Shown one piece after another: positions 17,984 through 27,181 of a stretch of 64,000 nt of DNA. A program made the position numbers and the translations under genes. Position 1 is the stretch's first letter. Each line of letters begins with the position of its first letter. Under the pieces are notes generated by a model. The model made no database searches. It worked only from the letters and a program-made list of their open reading frames with translations, and was not told the DNA's origin. The DNA lies in the sequence record OR142618.1, one strand, 5' to 3'.

Positions 17984-18412
17984 TTATTTCTTTCTTTTCT
18001 TAGATGCTACAGGTTTTATTTCGTCTGCTGTATGTTCTGTTTTGGATTCGTTATTAAATGTAGTTTCATTAGAAACAATTGCTTTATTTGTCGGTTTCTC
18101 TTCTATTTTAGAAAAATCTTTACATGCATCCCATTCAAATTCTTTAAAATGTGCAGGACCATCGTATACAACTACTCTTACTTCTTCGATTTTTAAAGTA
18201 GGATATACTACACCATCTATTTCTACTAAGCCGCAAATTTCAAACTCCTTTAAGAGCGAAGGATCGGTTTGATTAGTTAACACACATCTTCCGGTGCATT
18301 TACCTACCTCTACATTAAATTTTCTATTGCTGATTTGGGATAATATTGTTGCTTTTCCTGCAGGTTCATAAGGAACTTTGGCAAAAAATTTTACTTTATT
18401 AAGAAATATCAT
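17984..18412 (-). CDS. Hypothetical protein, probably late
   Basis: GGAG RBS; GATAAATA motif at 18436-18443 on the - strand. Confidence 0.6.
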   Translation of the reverse strand: MIFLNKVKFFAKVPYEPAGKATILSQISNRKFNVEVGKCTGRCVLTNQTDPSLLKEFEICGLVEIDGVVYPTLKIEEVRVVVYDGPAHFKEFEWDACKDFSKIEEKPTNKAIVSNETTFNNESKTEHTADEIKPVASKKRKK

Positions 18413-18523
18413 AATCTTCTCCTAAGTTTATTTAATATTTATCTGCTAATACATTTGACGAAATACATTGAATATTTTAAAATATTGCAAATAAACACGT
18501 ATAATTCAGTTTGGGAGTGTAGC

Positions 18524-20707
18524 GTGAAATTAGAATCGGATAATTCTGTAACAATAGAATCTACAAACATGGTAGGTGGAAAATCTTTCACTATTAAAAA
18601 TAGTCCGAAAGCCTTTTCTATTCTATCTAACGGGTTATATAAAGATAAAATTCGTGCAATTGTAAGAGAAATTGGGTGTAATGCACGAGATAGTCATGTT
18701 GCAGCAAATAAATGTGATGTTCCTTTTGAATATCATGTTCCTACTGATTTAGAGCCGTTTTTTAGCATAAAAGACTTCGGTGTAGGTTTAGATTACAACG
18801 AAGTAATGAATATTTATACTACTTATTTTGATTCTACAAAAACACAATCAAATGATTTTATTGGTGCTTTTGGGCTCGGATCAAAGTCACCGTTTTCCTA
18901 TGTAGATAATTTTTCTATAATTTCTACAAAAGATGGAATAACAAGAACTTTCGCTGCATTTATAAGTGAATCCGGTGTTCCGGATATGCTTATGCTAAGC
19001 GAAATGAAAACAAATGAGCCCAACGGAGTTGAAGTAAAGATTCCTGTATCAAATCGGGCTGATTACAAAATTTTTGATAAAAACTGTGTAGATGTATATT
19101 CGTGGATGAATGTGTTGCCAGTAGAAGTAAATGGCCACCATGTATTAAAAACCCCAGAAGTTTTTCTATCTGTAACAAACAGAGCTACAATATATAAAGG
19201 CACTAACGAATCACATAAACTATACGCAAGACAAGGCGGAGTATTATATCCAATTGATATAGAATCTATATCCGAAGAATATCTTGATGATAGCTATGTC
19301 CGTAAATTAGATAATAGAAACTTTTATTCATATTTTGTTGTAATAGATTTTAGTATAGGAGAATTAGATGTATCTGCATCTAGGGAAGAATTATCTTATA
19401 TTCCGTTAACTCAGAAAAATTTATCTACTGCATTAATTGATTTCGTATGTTCCTTTACTAAAGCTATCACAGATGATATAAATTCGAATATAGACGCAGT
19501 AACGAAAACAAAAGTGTTATATGAATATAAACAGAAATCATTTAATATATTTGTTCCTGATATAAAAACATTAACCAATATCATATATGCCAATATTTCG
19601 GATTCTGTAGAGATAGGTCAAGTATATATACCGATATCTGAAGTAAAAGCATTGTTTACCAATGTTAACTATTATACACTGGATTATGGTATTTTTAGGA
19701 AGGCAAGATTTTTAGTTACATACTATAAACATCTAAGTACAGGTGAAATAAAAAGATATAGAAATTATACTTCCAGTGCCTCATACGAAGGTATAACATA
19801 TATTTCTGATAATATAGCAATTGACGATAGTAATACTGTAAAATATTTTATAATAGATGATAATACATCGACAAGAGCAATAAGAGACTATATATCGAAT
19901 ATTTACAGAGCACGGTGTAAAGTTATAATTTGTAAAAATAAAAATGGAAAAATAAAAAGAAACGATATATATAATTTCGCAAGAAAATATTATATTTCTA
20001 AATCGCAAATTATATTTTCGTCTGATCTAAATATTCCTGTTATTCCTAAGCAAAATAACAGAATCAAAAAAGAAGATGAAGAATGTATTTTGTTATGCAG
20101 AAGTTTTAATATATGGAAAGAATCGATAGTAAAGCTGTCTGATATAAAGGATGATTGCTATTATGTAGAATTTTCTGGATGGAATATGACTACTGATTTG
20201 CCTGATTCGGATATTACTGCACTTACATTATATCATTCTAAACCGATATACGGGGTAAGAAAGATAACCTTAGAACAAGTCAAGAAAAATAAACATTTTA
20301 TTCCTATTACTGATCATGTAATAGATGAAATGTATAATAATGTTAAGGATGTTATAAAACAGTGTAGACCGGATTCTACTTATTCCGATGTAGACAAATT
20401 GCTTCATTATATAAATTCTGCAAACTTAAAGGACTCATTAACAAATACTGAAATAAAAGAATATGAAAAATACAAAAATACTTATAAACCGATTAGTGAG
20501 TCGTCGATTAAAAATATCATACGACATTTAGATACAGAAAAACTAGATAATCAATTAAAAATAATACATAAACGCGCCAGCCGGTACGAAAATATTCTAT
20601 CTAAGTATCCGCTTATTGAACACGTCAATTTAAGTAAAGTAGGTATACTACACGTAGTGAATTATATGAATATGATAGATAACAACGGAGAATCTAAAAA
20701 TGACTAA
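18524..20707 (+). CDS. rIIA: rIIA lysis-inhibition / membrane-protection protein (GTG start after GGGAG)
   Basis: KAFSILSNGLYKDKIRAIVREIGCNARDSH; DFGVGL; GAFGLGSKSPFSY (GHKL-like N-terminus). Confidence 0.92.
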   Translation: MKLESDNSVTIESTNMVGGKSFTIKNSPKAFSILSNGLYKDKIRAIVREIGCNARDSHVAANKCDVPFEYHVPTDLEPFFSIKDFGVGLDYNEVMNIYTTYFDSTKTQSNDFIGAFGLGSKSPFSYVDNFSIISTKDGITRTFAAFISESGVPDMLMLSEMKTNEPNGVEVKIPVSNRADYKIFDKNCVDVYSWMNVLPVEVNGHHVLKTPEVFLSVTNRATIYKGTNESHKLYARQGGVLYPIDIESISEEYLDDSYVRKLDNRNFYSYFVVIDFSIGELDVSASREELSYIPLTQKNLSTALIDFVCSFTKAITDDINSNIDAVTKTKVLYEYKQKSFNIFVPDIKTLTNIIYANISDSVEIGQVYIPISEVKALFTNVNYYTLDYGIFRKARFLVTYYKHLSTGEIKRYRNYTSSASYEGITYISDNIAIDDSNTVKYFIIDDNTSTRAIRDYISNIYRARCKVIICKNKNGKIKRNDIYNFARKYYISKSQIIFSSDLNIPVIPKQNNRIKKEDEECILLCRSFNIWKESIVKLSDIKDDCYYVEFSGWNMTTDLPDSDITALTLYHSKPIYGVRKITLEQVKKNKHFIPITDHVIDEMYNNVKDVIKQCRPDSTYSDVDKLLHYINSANLKDSLTNTEIKEYEKYKNTYKPISESSIKNIIRHLDTEKLDNQLKIIHKRASRYENILSKYPLIEHVNLSKVGILHVVNYMNMIDNNGESKND

Positions 20708-21443
20708 TGCAATTCCATATATTATTAGAAAAGATAGTGTAACGGTGGTATTAACTGATACTCCGTATATCATAAGGGAATCTGATAAAAAATATAAAAA
20801 AGCAATTAAATTTATAAAAGCCGAACAGTGGGATGAATTAAAGAAATTAATTGATGTTAAAAATCATATTTCTGAATTCCTGAATGGTAAAATTAAAGTA
20901 GTCCGTGGTCGGTTTGAGTATAATGGTCAGGTAATTCATAATTCCTTAACTAAACGGATTATGCAAATGCATTCTGACGGTTTTCCAGTAGACCCTATGA
21001 TTAATTTCCTTGTAAATTTAATGGAAAATCCTAGTTTTACTGCGGTTAATGGTTTGTATGATTTCTTAGAAACAAATAATCTTCCTATTACTACTGACGG
21101 ATTCTTTTTAGCATACAAACGAATTCGTGAAGATTATACTGATGTAAGAACTGGCACAATAGATAACAGCGTAGGTAAAGTTGTTTCTATGCCAAGAAAT
21201 GAAGTACAAGATAACAGCAATATTACTTGCGCTCCTGGATTGCATGTATGTTCGCGCGAATATCTACAACATTTTAGTGGTGAAAAGGTAATATTAGTAA
21301 AAGTAAATCCTAAAGATGTGGTGTCTGTTCCTAAGGATTATAATTTTTCTAAAATGCGTACTTGTAAATACGAAGTAATATCCGAGCTGTCGTTAGAAGA
21401 TGCGTTTGAAGATATTGCATCTAACAAGCCAGTTCACAGTTAA
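20700..21443 (+). CDS. rIIB: rIIB protein
   Basis: NFLVNLMENPS; DGFFLAYKRIREDYTD; PRNEVQDNSNITCAPGLHV; KVNPKDVVSVP. Confidence 0.92.
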   Translation: MTNAIPYIIRKDSVTVVLTDTPYIIRESDKKYKKAIKFIKAEQWDELKKLIDVKNHISEFLNGKIKVVRGRFEYNGQVIHNSLTKRIMQMHSDGFPVDPMINFLVNLMENPSFTAVNGLYDFLETNNLPITTDGFFLAYKRIREDYTDVRTGTIDNSVGKVVSMPRNEVQDNSNITCAPGLHVCSREYLQHFSGEKVILVKVNPKDVVSVPKDYNFSKMRTCKYEVISELSLEDAFEDIASNKPVHS

Positions 21444-21456
21444 TAAAACTGTACAT

Positions 21457-21483
21457 AAAAAGGGATGCATTGCATCCCTTTTT
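21457..21483 (+). terminator. Intrinsic terminator after rIIB
   Basis: AAAAAGGGATGC-ATT-GCATCCCTTTTT. Confidence 0.85.
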
Positions 21484-21526
21484 ATTTTATTATAAAATAT
21501 GTTACTATCCTTTAATGGTATAAAAT

Positions 21527-23548
21527 ATGAAAAATTATTTGTTAACTGTACCTGTCAATTCTAATGTAGATTATACTAAACTAGATATACACGATTTTGT
21601 TCCTGCAATAAAAGAATTAACAACTAGATTATTTTATAACACAGGTGTAACACTTCAAAAAGAAACTATTTTGTTTAATGATTTGGTAGTATCCGAAGAT
21701 GCTAGTCGATTAGCATTTATTAATAGCATTTTGCATAATCTATTAAATACCTGCTCTACTACTGAGTTAGAAAATATTGCAGACGAGTGTGATACTATTT
21801 GCACAGAATACTATAATAATTCTAGAATCGCATATTCTGAAAGAGAATATAATGCATATAAAAATATAAAAAATAATGAATCGTATTTTTCGAGTCTAAA
21901 ATATTATGAACAAAAATATGTGATTGATGCCATAGAATATTACGAAGAAGAATCTGATATTAATTTCTCGCATGATACAAAAATATACCTATCATCTTTA
22001 TATTCAAAACTTAATAAAGCACAGCAGAATTTTTCTAATAATATAATAAAACATACTGCAAAAAACAGGTATTACTTTGAACACGATTTCCAAGTTGAAG
22101 GTATACCAGATAACATAAAAGATATAATGCGGGAGAATGCAAGGGCAGACGGTCATGAATCTGGATATGTAGCTACAACTGAACACTACATCTACACAGC
22201 TATAATGCAATATTGTTCGTACGAGTATACTAGAAAAACAATGTTAGAAGCTTTTTATGTAGCTAGTAACGGCGAATATAGCAATACAACTAATATAACA
22301 GATATTGTATCTATTAAATCCGAAATAGCAAAATTGTTTGGGTTTAGTACGTTTGCAGAAAAATCATTAAAGCATAAAATGGCAAAAACACCCGATAATG
22401 TATTTTCTGTATTAAATAAATTGAAAGACTTAGTAGTAGATAAAGCATTAGAAGAAGAAAAAGAACTTTTAACTTTCGCTAAATCTAAAGGATACCAACG
22501 ACCTTCTGTCCGCGCCGCTGACAGAAATTATTATTCTACTATGAGATTAAAAGAAGAATATAATTTAGACAAAAAGGTTATAGAAGAGTATTATACATAT
22601 GCCGGTGTTCTTCCTTGTATATATGGTGTTATAAAAAAACTTTTTGATGTTACATTTGTAGAAGACCCTAATGCATCTGTGTGGCATGAAGATGTTAAAT
22701 GCTATAAGGTATTCGAAGATAGCAAGCATATTGCATATATTTTTATAGATCCGTTTTCTAGGAACGGAAAACAATCCGGGGCATGGATGAATGGTATTAT
22801 TAAAAGGGATTTTGCTTATAATACTACTCTACCGGTTGCAGTAATAGTGACTAATCTGTCAAAAACATCTATTACGTTAGATGATGTACGTACACTCTTG
22901 CATGAATTTGGTCATGCATTACACCATGTACTTACTAAAGTAGAATTTCCTAATTATAATGGAATTTCTGTAGAATGGGATGCAGTAGAATTGCCGAGCC
23001 AGTTATTGGAAAATTGGATTAATGATAAAGAGCTTTTAATTGAAATGTCGTCTCATTATTCTACAAAAGAAAAAATTCCAGAATATATAATTGATAACTG
23101 GTTGGCTATAGATAATTATATGGCTGCGTCTTCGTTAAGAACACAGTTATTATATTCATTAGTAGATATGAAAATTTTTAATAGCAATGCAAAGACAGAT
23201 AAAGATTGTATAGAAATTTTTAATGAAGTAGCAAAAGATTTAAAATTAAACACAGAAGATAATCCGTTTATGCATTTGTTTTTATATTCGTTTTCTCATA
23301 TATTTTCCGGAGGATATACAGCAGGTTATTATAGCTATTTGTGGGCAGAAATTATGTCAAGTGATGTTTATTTAGAATTTAAAAATAAAGGAATGTATAA
23401 TATAGAATTTGCTAATAAAATTAAAAAAGATATTCTATATGCAGGTTCTATTAATGACTTTGATGTAATGTATAGAACATTAATGGGTAGAGATCCTGAC
23501 CCAGAATCTCTGCTAATAGTTAGGGGATTGCAGAATAGCAAAAAATAA
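21527..23548 (+). CDS. M3-family oligopeptidase (OpdA/PrlC-like)
   Basis: LLHEFGHALHH, VEWDAVELPSQLLENW, FSHIFSGGYTAGYYSYLWAE, LMGRDPDPESLL. Confidence 0.93.
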   Translation: MKNYLLTVPVNSNVDYTKLDIHDFVPAIKELTTRLFYNTGVTLQKETILFNDLVVSEDASRLAFINSILHNLLNTCSTTELENIADECDTICTEYYNNSRIAYSEREYNAYKNIKNNESYFSSLKYYEQKYVIDAIEYYEEESDINFSHDTKIYLSSLYSKLNKAQQNFSNNIIKHTAKNRYYFEHDFQVEGIPDNIKDIMRENARADGHESGYVATTEHYIYTAIMQYCSYEYTRKTMLEAFYVASNGEYSNTTNITDIVSIKSEIAKLFGFSTFAEKSLKHKMAKTPDNVFSVLNKLKDLVVDKALEEEKELLTFAKSKGYQRPSVRAADRNYYSTMRLKEEYNLDKKVIEEYYTYAGVLPCIYGVIKKLFDVTFVEDPNASVWHEDVKCYKVFEDSKHIAYIFIDPFSRNGKQSGAWMNGIIKRDFAYNTTLPVAVIVTNLSKTSITLDDVRTLLHEFGHALHHVLTKVEFPNYNGISVEWDAVELPSQLLENWINDKELLIEMSSHYSTKEKIPEYIIDNWLAIDNYMAASSLRTQLLYSLVDMKIFNSNAKTDKDCIEIFNEVAKDLKLNTEDNPFMHLFLYSFSHIFSGGYTAGYYSYLWAEIMSSDVYLEFKNKGMYNIEFANKIKKDILYAGSINDFDVMYRTLMGRDPDPESLLIVRGLQNSKK

Positions 23549-23639
23549 TAAATTTTGCTACATATATAAAAAGCTATGTAACGCTATGCTATTTGGCTTT
23601 TGTTGCATTTTATAGCACAAAAACCCCATAAAAATAGCC

Positions 23640-23668
23640 TAGACAAGCAACTGTAAACACTGTATAAT
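23640..23668 (+). promoter_or_regulatory. sigma70-like promoter
   Basis: TAGACA-N17-TATAAT. Confidence 0.7.
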
Positions 23669-23695
23669 TGCTTTATTATAGTAAGGGATAAAATA

Positions 23696-23992
23696 ATGAA
23701 CATTCATTTATCTTTTAAGGAACAACTTTCTAAGCTAATTGATGAAAACATAAATAAATACCCCGATGCTATAGATTGGATAGTATCTCAAATGGCTTTA
23801 ATAGATATTGAATCTAAAAAGACAAAAGCAGAATCTATTATGGAAGCTCTTATAGGTGATACTGAATTTTTTAATAACCCTATAGAACAGGGTGGAAGTA
23901 ATAAAGATTTTATAGTGTGGTATGTAACTAAATATAATTGTACTACTAAATACGCTATAGAACGGTTACTTCATTATTGTAAACAGAATTAG
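23696..23992 (+). CDS. Hypothetical protein (98 aa)
   Basis: AAGGGA RBS downstream of the promoter. Confidence 0.65.
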   Translation: MNIHLSFKEQLSKLIDENINKYPDAIDWIVSQMALIDIESKKTKAESIMEALIGDTEFFNNPIEQGGSNKDFIVWYVTKYNCTTKYAIERLLHYCKQN

Positions 23993-24107
23993 CCCTTAGG
24001 ACCGCCAAATGTTTTGGCTTAAGGCGCACCGGTGCTGTATCGGAGCTTAGTGATTCGCTACCACAAAAGCATAAGCAGCTAGGAGACTTAAAACGTCTCC
24101 TATTTTT
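23992..24107 (+). ncRNA. Candidate structured RNA ending in an intrinsic terminator
   Basis: Stems CCTTAG/TTAAGG, GCCAAA/TTTGGC, CCGGT/ATCGG, GCTTA/TAAGC; terminator TAGGAGAC/GTCTCCTA + T5. Confidence 0.55.
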
Positions 24108-24128
24108 ATATATACAGGAGTAAAGTAT

Positions 24129-24314
24129 ATGAATAGCGATTATGCCTCTATGTTTATAGTAATATTTGCCATATTAGTTGTGTTTATTTGTAAACCGACA
24201 ACATTTAATGAGCCTAAAAACACCATCGATACAAACAAAAGCAATGTAGCGAACGACAGTATTCCACTTACAGGAAACATTTCTAGAACACCGGGTATAG
24301 GTACAGGATTATGA
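24129..24314 (+). CDS. Small membrane-anchored hypothetical protein (61 aa)
   Basis: AGGAG RBS; N-terminal hydrophobic helix. Confidence 0.65.
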   Translation: MNSDYASMFIVIFAILVVFICKPTTFNEPKNTIDTNKSNVANDSIPLTGNISRTPGIGTGL

Positions 24315-24463
24315 AAAAGAAAAACCCAATCGAACGCAATCCAGTTGCACATCATGTAAACACATTTAACAAACCTAAAGTAGAAAAAGACAAGACAAAA
24401 TACTCTAGGAAACAAAAACACAGGACTAGGAATAGTCCTGATTTTTTATGTATAATATATTGA
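24311..24463 (+). CDS. Small basic ArfA-like peptide (50 aa), absent from the ORF track
   Basis: MKKKNPIERNPVAHHVNTFNKPKVEKDKTKYSRKQKHRTRNSPDFLCIIY*; AGGA RBS; ATGA overlap with the upstream gene. Confidence 0.6.
   Translation: MKKKNPIERNPVAHHVNTFNKPKVEKDKTKYSRKQKHRTRNSPDFLCIIY
24421..24447 (+). terminator. Intrinsic terminator inside the ArfA-like ORF
   Basis: CAGGACTA-GGAA-TAGTCCTG-A-TTTTTT, ending 14 nt before the TGA. Confidence 0.85.
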
Positions 24464-24489
24464 CAGATATTGTATTTGGAATATACAAT
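24460..24489 (+). promoter_or_regulatory. sigma70-like promoter
   Basis: TTGACA-N18-TACAAT. Confidence 0.7.
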
Positions 24490-24511
24490 ATGCATAACAA
24501 GGAGTGTTATT

Positions 24512-25630
24512 GTGGCAAAAACGAAACATATTTTTAAAGTTCCAGATTATTCTCTTTTAAAATTAGATTCTAAGACATATACTAAGGATTATAGGAATGC
24601 AATTTGGTATTTGCATTATGAAGCATCTGCTGCTACTCTTAAATCTGCAACACTAAAATGGATTAAAAATAATACATCTTATGATGTAAAAGATTTATCT
24701 TCGTTGAGTGATTCTGATTTTTCTATTATCGGAAAATATTGTACTATACTAAATGCCGGCGGACAACTTCCTAGTCATGCTAATTTCGTCGAATCACACA
24801 TAGACAAGATATTTCAATCTATTAAAAAAGAAGAAATTACAGAAATTGTCGAAGAACCAGAACCTAAAATAGAGCATGATAGTTGCAAAGTTAAAAAAAT
24901 AAGTATACAGGATAGAATTAAGAGCCAGGCATATAAAGCTTGCGGAGAAATTGAAGGATTAATAGATCAATTTTATAGTAATCCTAGTGAGTTTGTAGTA
25001 TCCCAGCAAGAAATAGAATCCTTATTTAAAAAATCAGAAATAAAATCCCATCATGTAAAATATATTACTGAAATATATAGCACTAATAAAAAAGAATTAG
25101 AGGAGCTTTCGGCAGGAAAATCCGAACAGTTAAACGAAGGTTATAATTTTTTAACTAAACGGGATATAAACAAAGCCATAAAGCTATTTAATTTAATTAT
25201 AGAAACTGCGTCTAGTAGTAAAATAGTTACTGTTAAAAAACGAGCTAAAAAACAAAAGCCATTGGATATTTCTAAATTAGTTAAATCATTTAAATATTTA
25301 GAAAAAAGCACAGATCTTAACTTAGAAAGTATTAATCCTGTCCATATTGTTGGTGCAAAAGAAGTATGGGTGTTTAATACAAAAAGTAGAAAGTTAGGAA
25401 AATATATTGCTTTAGACACTACAGGTCTATCAATAAAAGGAACTACTATAACTAATTTTTCTGAAAAAAGTATAGAAAAAACTATTCGTAAACCAGAAGA
25501 ATATTTTAAAAATATTAAGAAAATTTCTAAAAAGGCAAAAGAAAAATTATTTGTAGATACTAAATCTGTCGAAACTAAACTAAAAGGAAGAACAAACGAG
25601 CATTGTATCATTCTTGAGGTTATAAAATAA
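24512..25630 (+). CDS. Hypothetical myophage protein (GTG start after AGGAG)
   Basis: SIQDRI...GEIEG.ID and SINP..IVGAKEVWVFNTKSRKLGKY blocks of a type seen in T4-like phages; function unknown. Confidence 0.7.
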   Translation: MAKTKHIFKVPDYSLLKLDSKTYTKDYRNAIWYLHYEASAATLKSATLKWIKNNTSYDVKDLSSLSDSDFSIIGKYCTILNAGGQLPSHANFVESHIDKIFQSIKKEEITEIVEEPEPKIEHDSCKVKKISIQDRIKSQAYKACGEIEGLIDQFYSNPSEFVVSQQEIESLFKKSEIKSHHVKYITEIYSTNKKELEELSAGKSEQLNEGYNFLTKRDINKAIKLFNLIIETASSSKIVTVKKRAKKQKPLDISKLVKSFKYLEKSTDLNLESINPVHIVGAKEVWVFNTKSRKLGKYIALDTTGLSIKGTTITNFSEKSIEKTIRKPEEYFKNIKKISKKAKEKLFVDTKSVETKLKGRTNEHCIILEVIK

Positions 25631-25665
25631 ATAGTGTTATCTATATATAGAGGCACTTTATAAAA

Positions 25666-26418
25666 ATGGCTACAAGTACAGCAAGAACAGAAATAAAGAA
25701 ACAAATAATGCGAAGACTGGGAAATAGTATGACTGATGTAGAACTAGACCCAGAAGATTTAGATTTAGCAATAGATTTTGCAATAGATAGATACCGCCAG
25801 CGCGCCGAAAATGCTTGCATGGAAAGTATGCTGTTTATAACTCTGCAAAGAGATGAAACTGAATACACTTTACCTACTGAAGTTCAAGAAGTAAGACGAC
25901 TATATCGTAGATCTGTTGGATCGGGAACATCTGGCGGTACTAACTTTGATCCGTTTGAATCTGCATTTTCGAATATATTCTTTTTACAAGCAGGTCGAAC
26001 CGGCGGTCTAGCAACATGGCATCTATTTTCCGAATACCAAGAAACCTTAGGAAGAATATTTGGATCTGAAATAAACTTTACATGGAACTATGCAGATAGA
26101 AAACTTACTATCATGCGAAAATTCCAAGGTGCCGAAACAGTATTGGTAGTTGTGTGGGTAGCAAAATCTGAAGATGTGCTTTTGACTGATGTATATAGTA
26201 GACCGTGGTTAAGAGATTATGCTATTGCCCAGTCTAAATATATGTTAGGTGAAGCACGTAGTAAATTTACTAATGGCTTACCAGGACCGAACGGTAGTGT
26301 TACTTTAAACGGCGATCAGTTAAAACAAGAAGCATTTGCTGAAATGGAACGTTTAGAAAACGAAATTATAAATTATACAACCGGGACATCGTTTGGTATG
26401 CCATTCATTATTGGATAA
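25666..26418 (+). CDS. gp13-like neck / head-tail adaptor
   Basis: IKKQIMRRLGNSMTDVELDPEDLDLAIDFA; C-terminal GSVTLNGDQLKQEAFAEMERLE. Confidence 0.85.
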   Translation: MATSTARTEIKKQIMRRLGNSMTDVELDPEDLDLAIDFAIDRYRQRAENACMESMLFITLQRDETEYTLPTEVQEVRRLYRRSVGSGTSGGTNFDPFESAFSNIFFLQAGRTGGLATWHLFSEYQETLGRIFGSEINFTWNYADRKLTIMRKFQGAETVLVVVWVAKSEDVLLTDVYSRPWLRDYAIAQSKYMLGEARSKFTNGLPGPNGSVTLNGDQLKQEAFAEMERLENEIINYTTGTSFGMPFIIG

Positions 26419-26422
26419 ATGG

Positions 26423-27064
26423 ATGATTATAGGGACGTTAGGATTTATTGGGTCAGGAAAAAATACTGTAGCAAAATATTTAGTTGAAAATCATAATTTT
26501 ATACAGGATAGTTTTGCGGCAGCGTTAAAGGATTTACTGTCATCTACTTTTAGTTGGGATAGAACGTTATTAGAAGGTACCACACCTGAATCTAGGCGTT
26601 GGAGAGAAACTACAGATACATGGTGGGCGACAAAGTTAGGTATACCTAATTTTACTCCTAGGTATGCAATGCAATATATAGGAACTGATGTATTACGGAT
26701 GCATTTTAATGATAATTTATGGATATTAACATTAGAAAAGCGATTAGAATCATTTATACAAAATAATAAGAATGTAGTAGTATCAGATGTAAGATTTAAA
26801 AATGAATATAATATGCTAAAGCAATATGGTACAAAGTTCATATATGTAGAAAACATTATCCCAGAATGGTATAATATTGCATTAGACTTAAATACATCAG
26901 ACTATACTGATAAAGAAAAACAAAATATTATTGAGAATTCGTCATTAAACGGTGTCCATATATCTGAATGGGACTGGGTAGGATTGGGTTATGATGAGAA
27001 AATTATTAATAATAGTACACTGGAAGAACTGTTTCTAACTGTAGATAGTATTATTAATAAATAA
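26423..27064 (+). CDS. Deoxynucleoside monophosphate kinase (T4 gp1-like)
   Basis: P-loop GFIGSGKNT; SFAAALK; TPRYAMQYIGTD; VVVSDVRFKNE. Confidence 0.9.
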   Translation: MIIGTLGFIGSGKNTVAKYLVENHNFIQDSFAAALKDLLSSTFSWDRTLLEGTTPESRRWRETTDTWWATKLGIPNFTPRYAMQYIGTDVLRMHFNDNLWILTLEKRLESFIQNNKNVVVSDVRFKNEYNMLKQYGTKFIYVENIIPEWYNIALDLNTSDYTDKEKQNIIENSSLNGVHISEWDWVGLGYDEKIINNSTLEELFLTVDSIINK

Positions 27065-27067
27065 TAT

Positions 27068-27091
27068 AAATAGGGGCAATGCCCCTATTTT
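27068..27091 (+). terminator. Symmetric terminator hairpin
   Basis: AAATAGGGGC-AAT-GCCCCTATTT. Confidence 0.75.
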
Positions 27092-27127
27092 ATTGAGTGT
27101 TATATCTGCAATGATTATTAAGTATGC

Positions 27128-27135
27128 GATAAATA
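27128..27135 (+). promoter_or_regulatory. Putative late promoter GATAAATA upstream of the sheath gene
   Basis: Motif about 50 nt before ATG 27182. Confidence 0.65.
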
Positions 27136-27181
27136 CTGATATCGTAATACTGTATAATTCATAAAGGGAGATTATAACACA

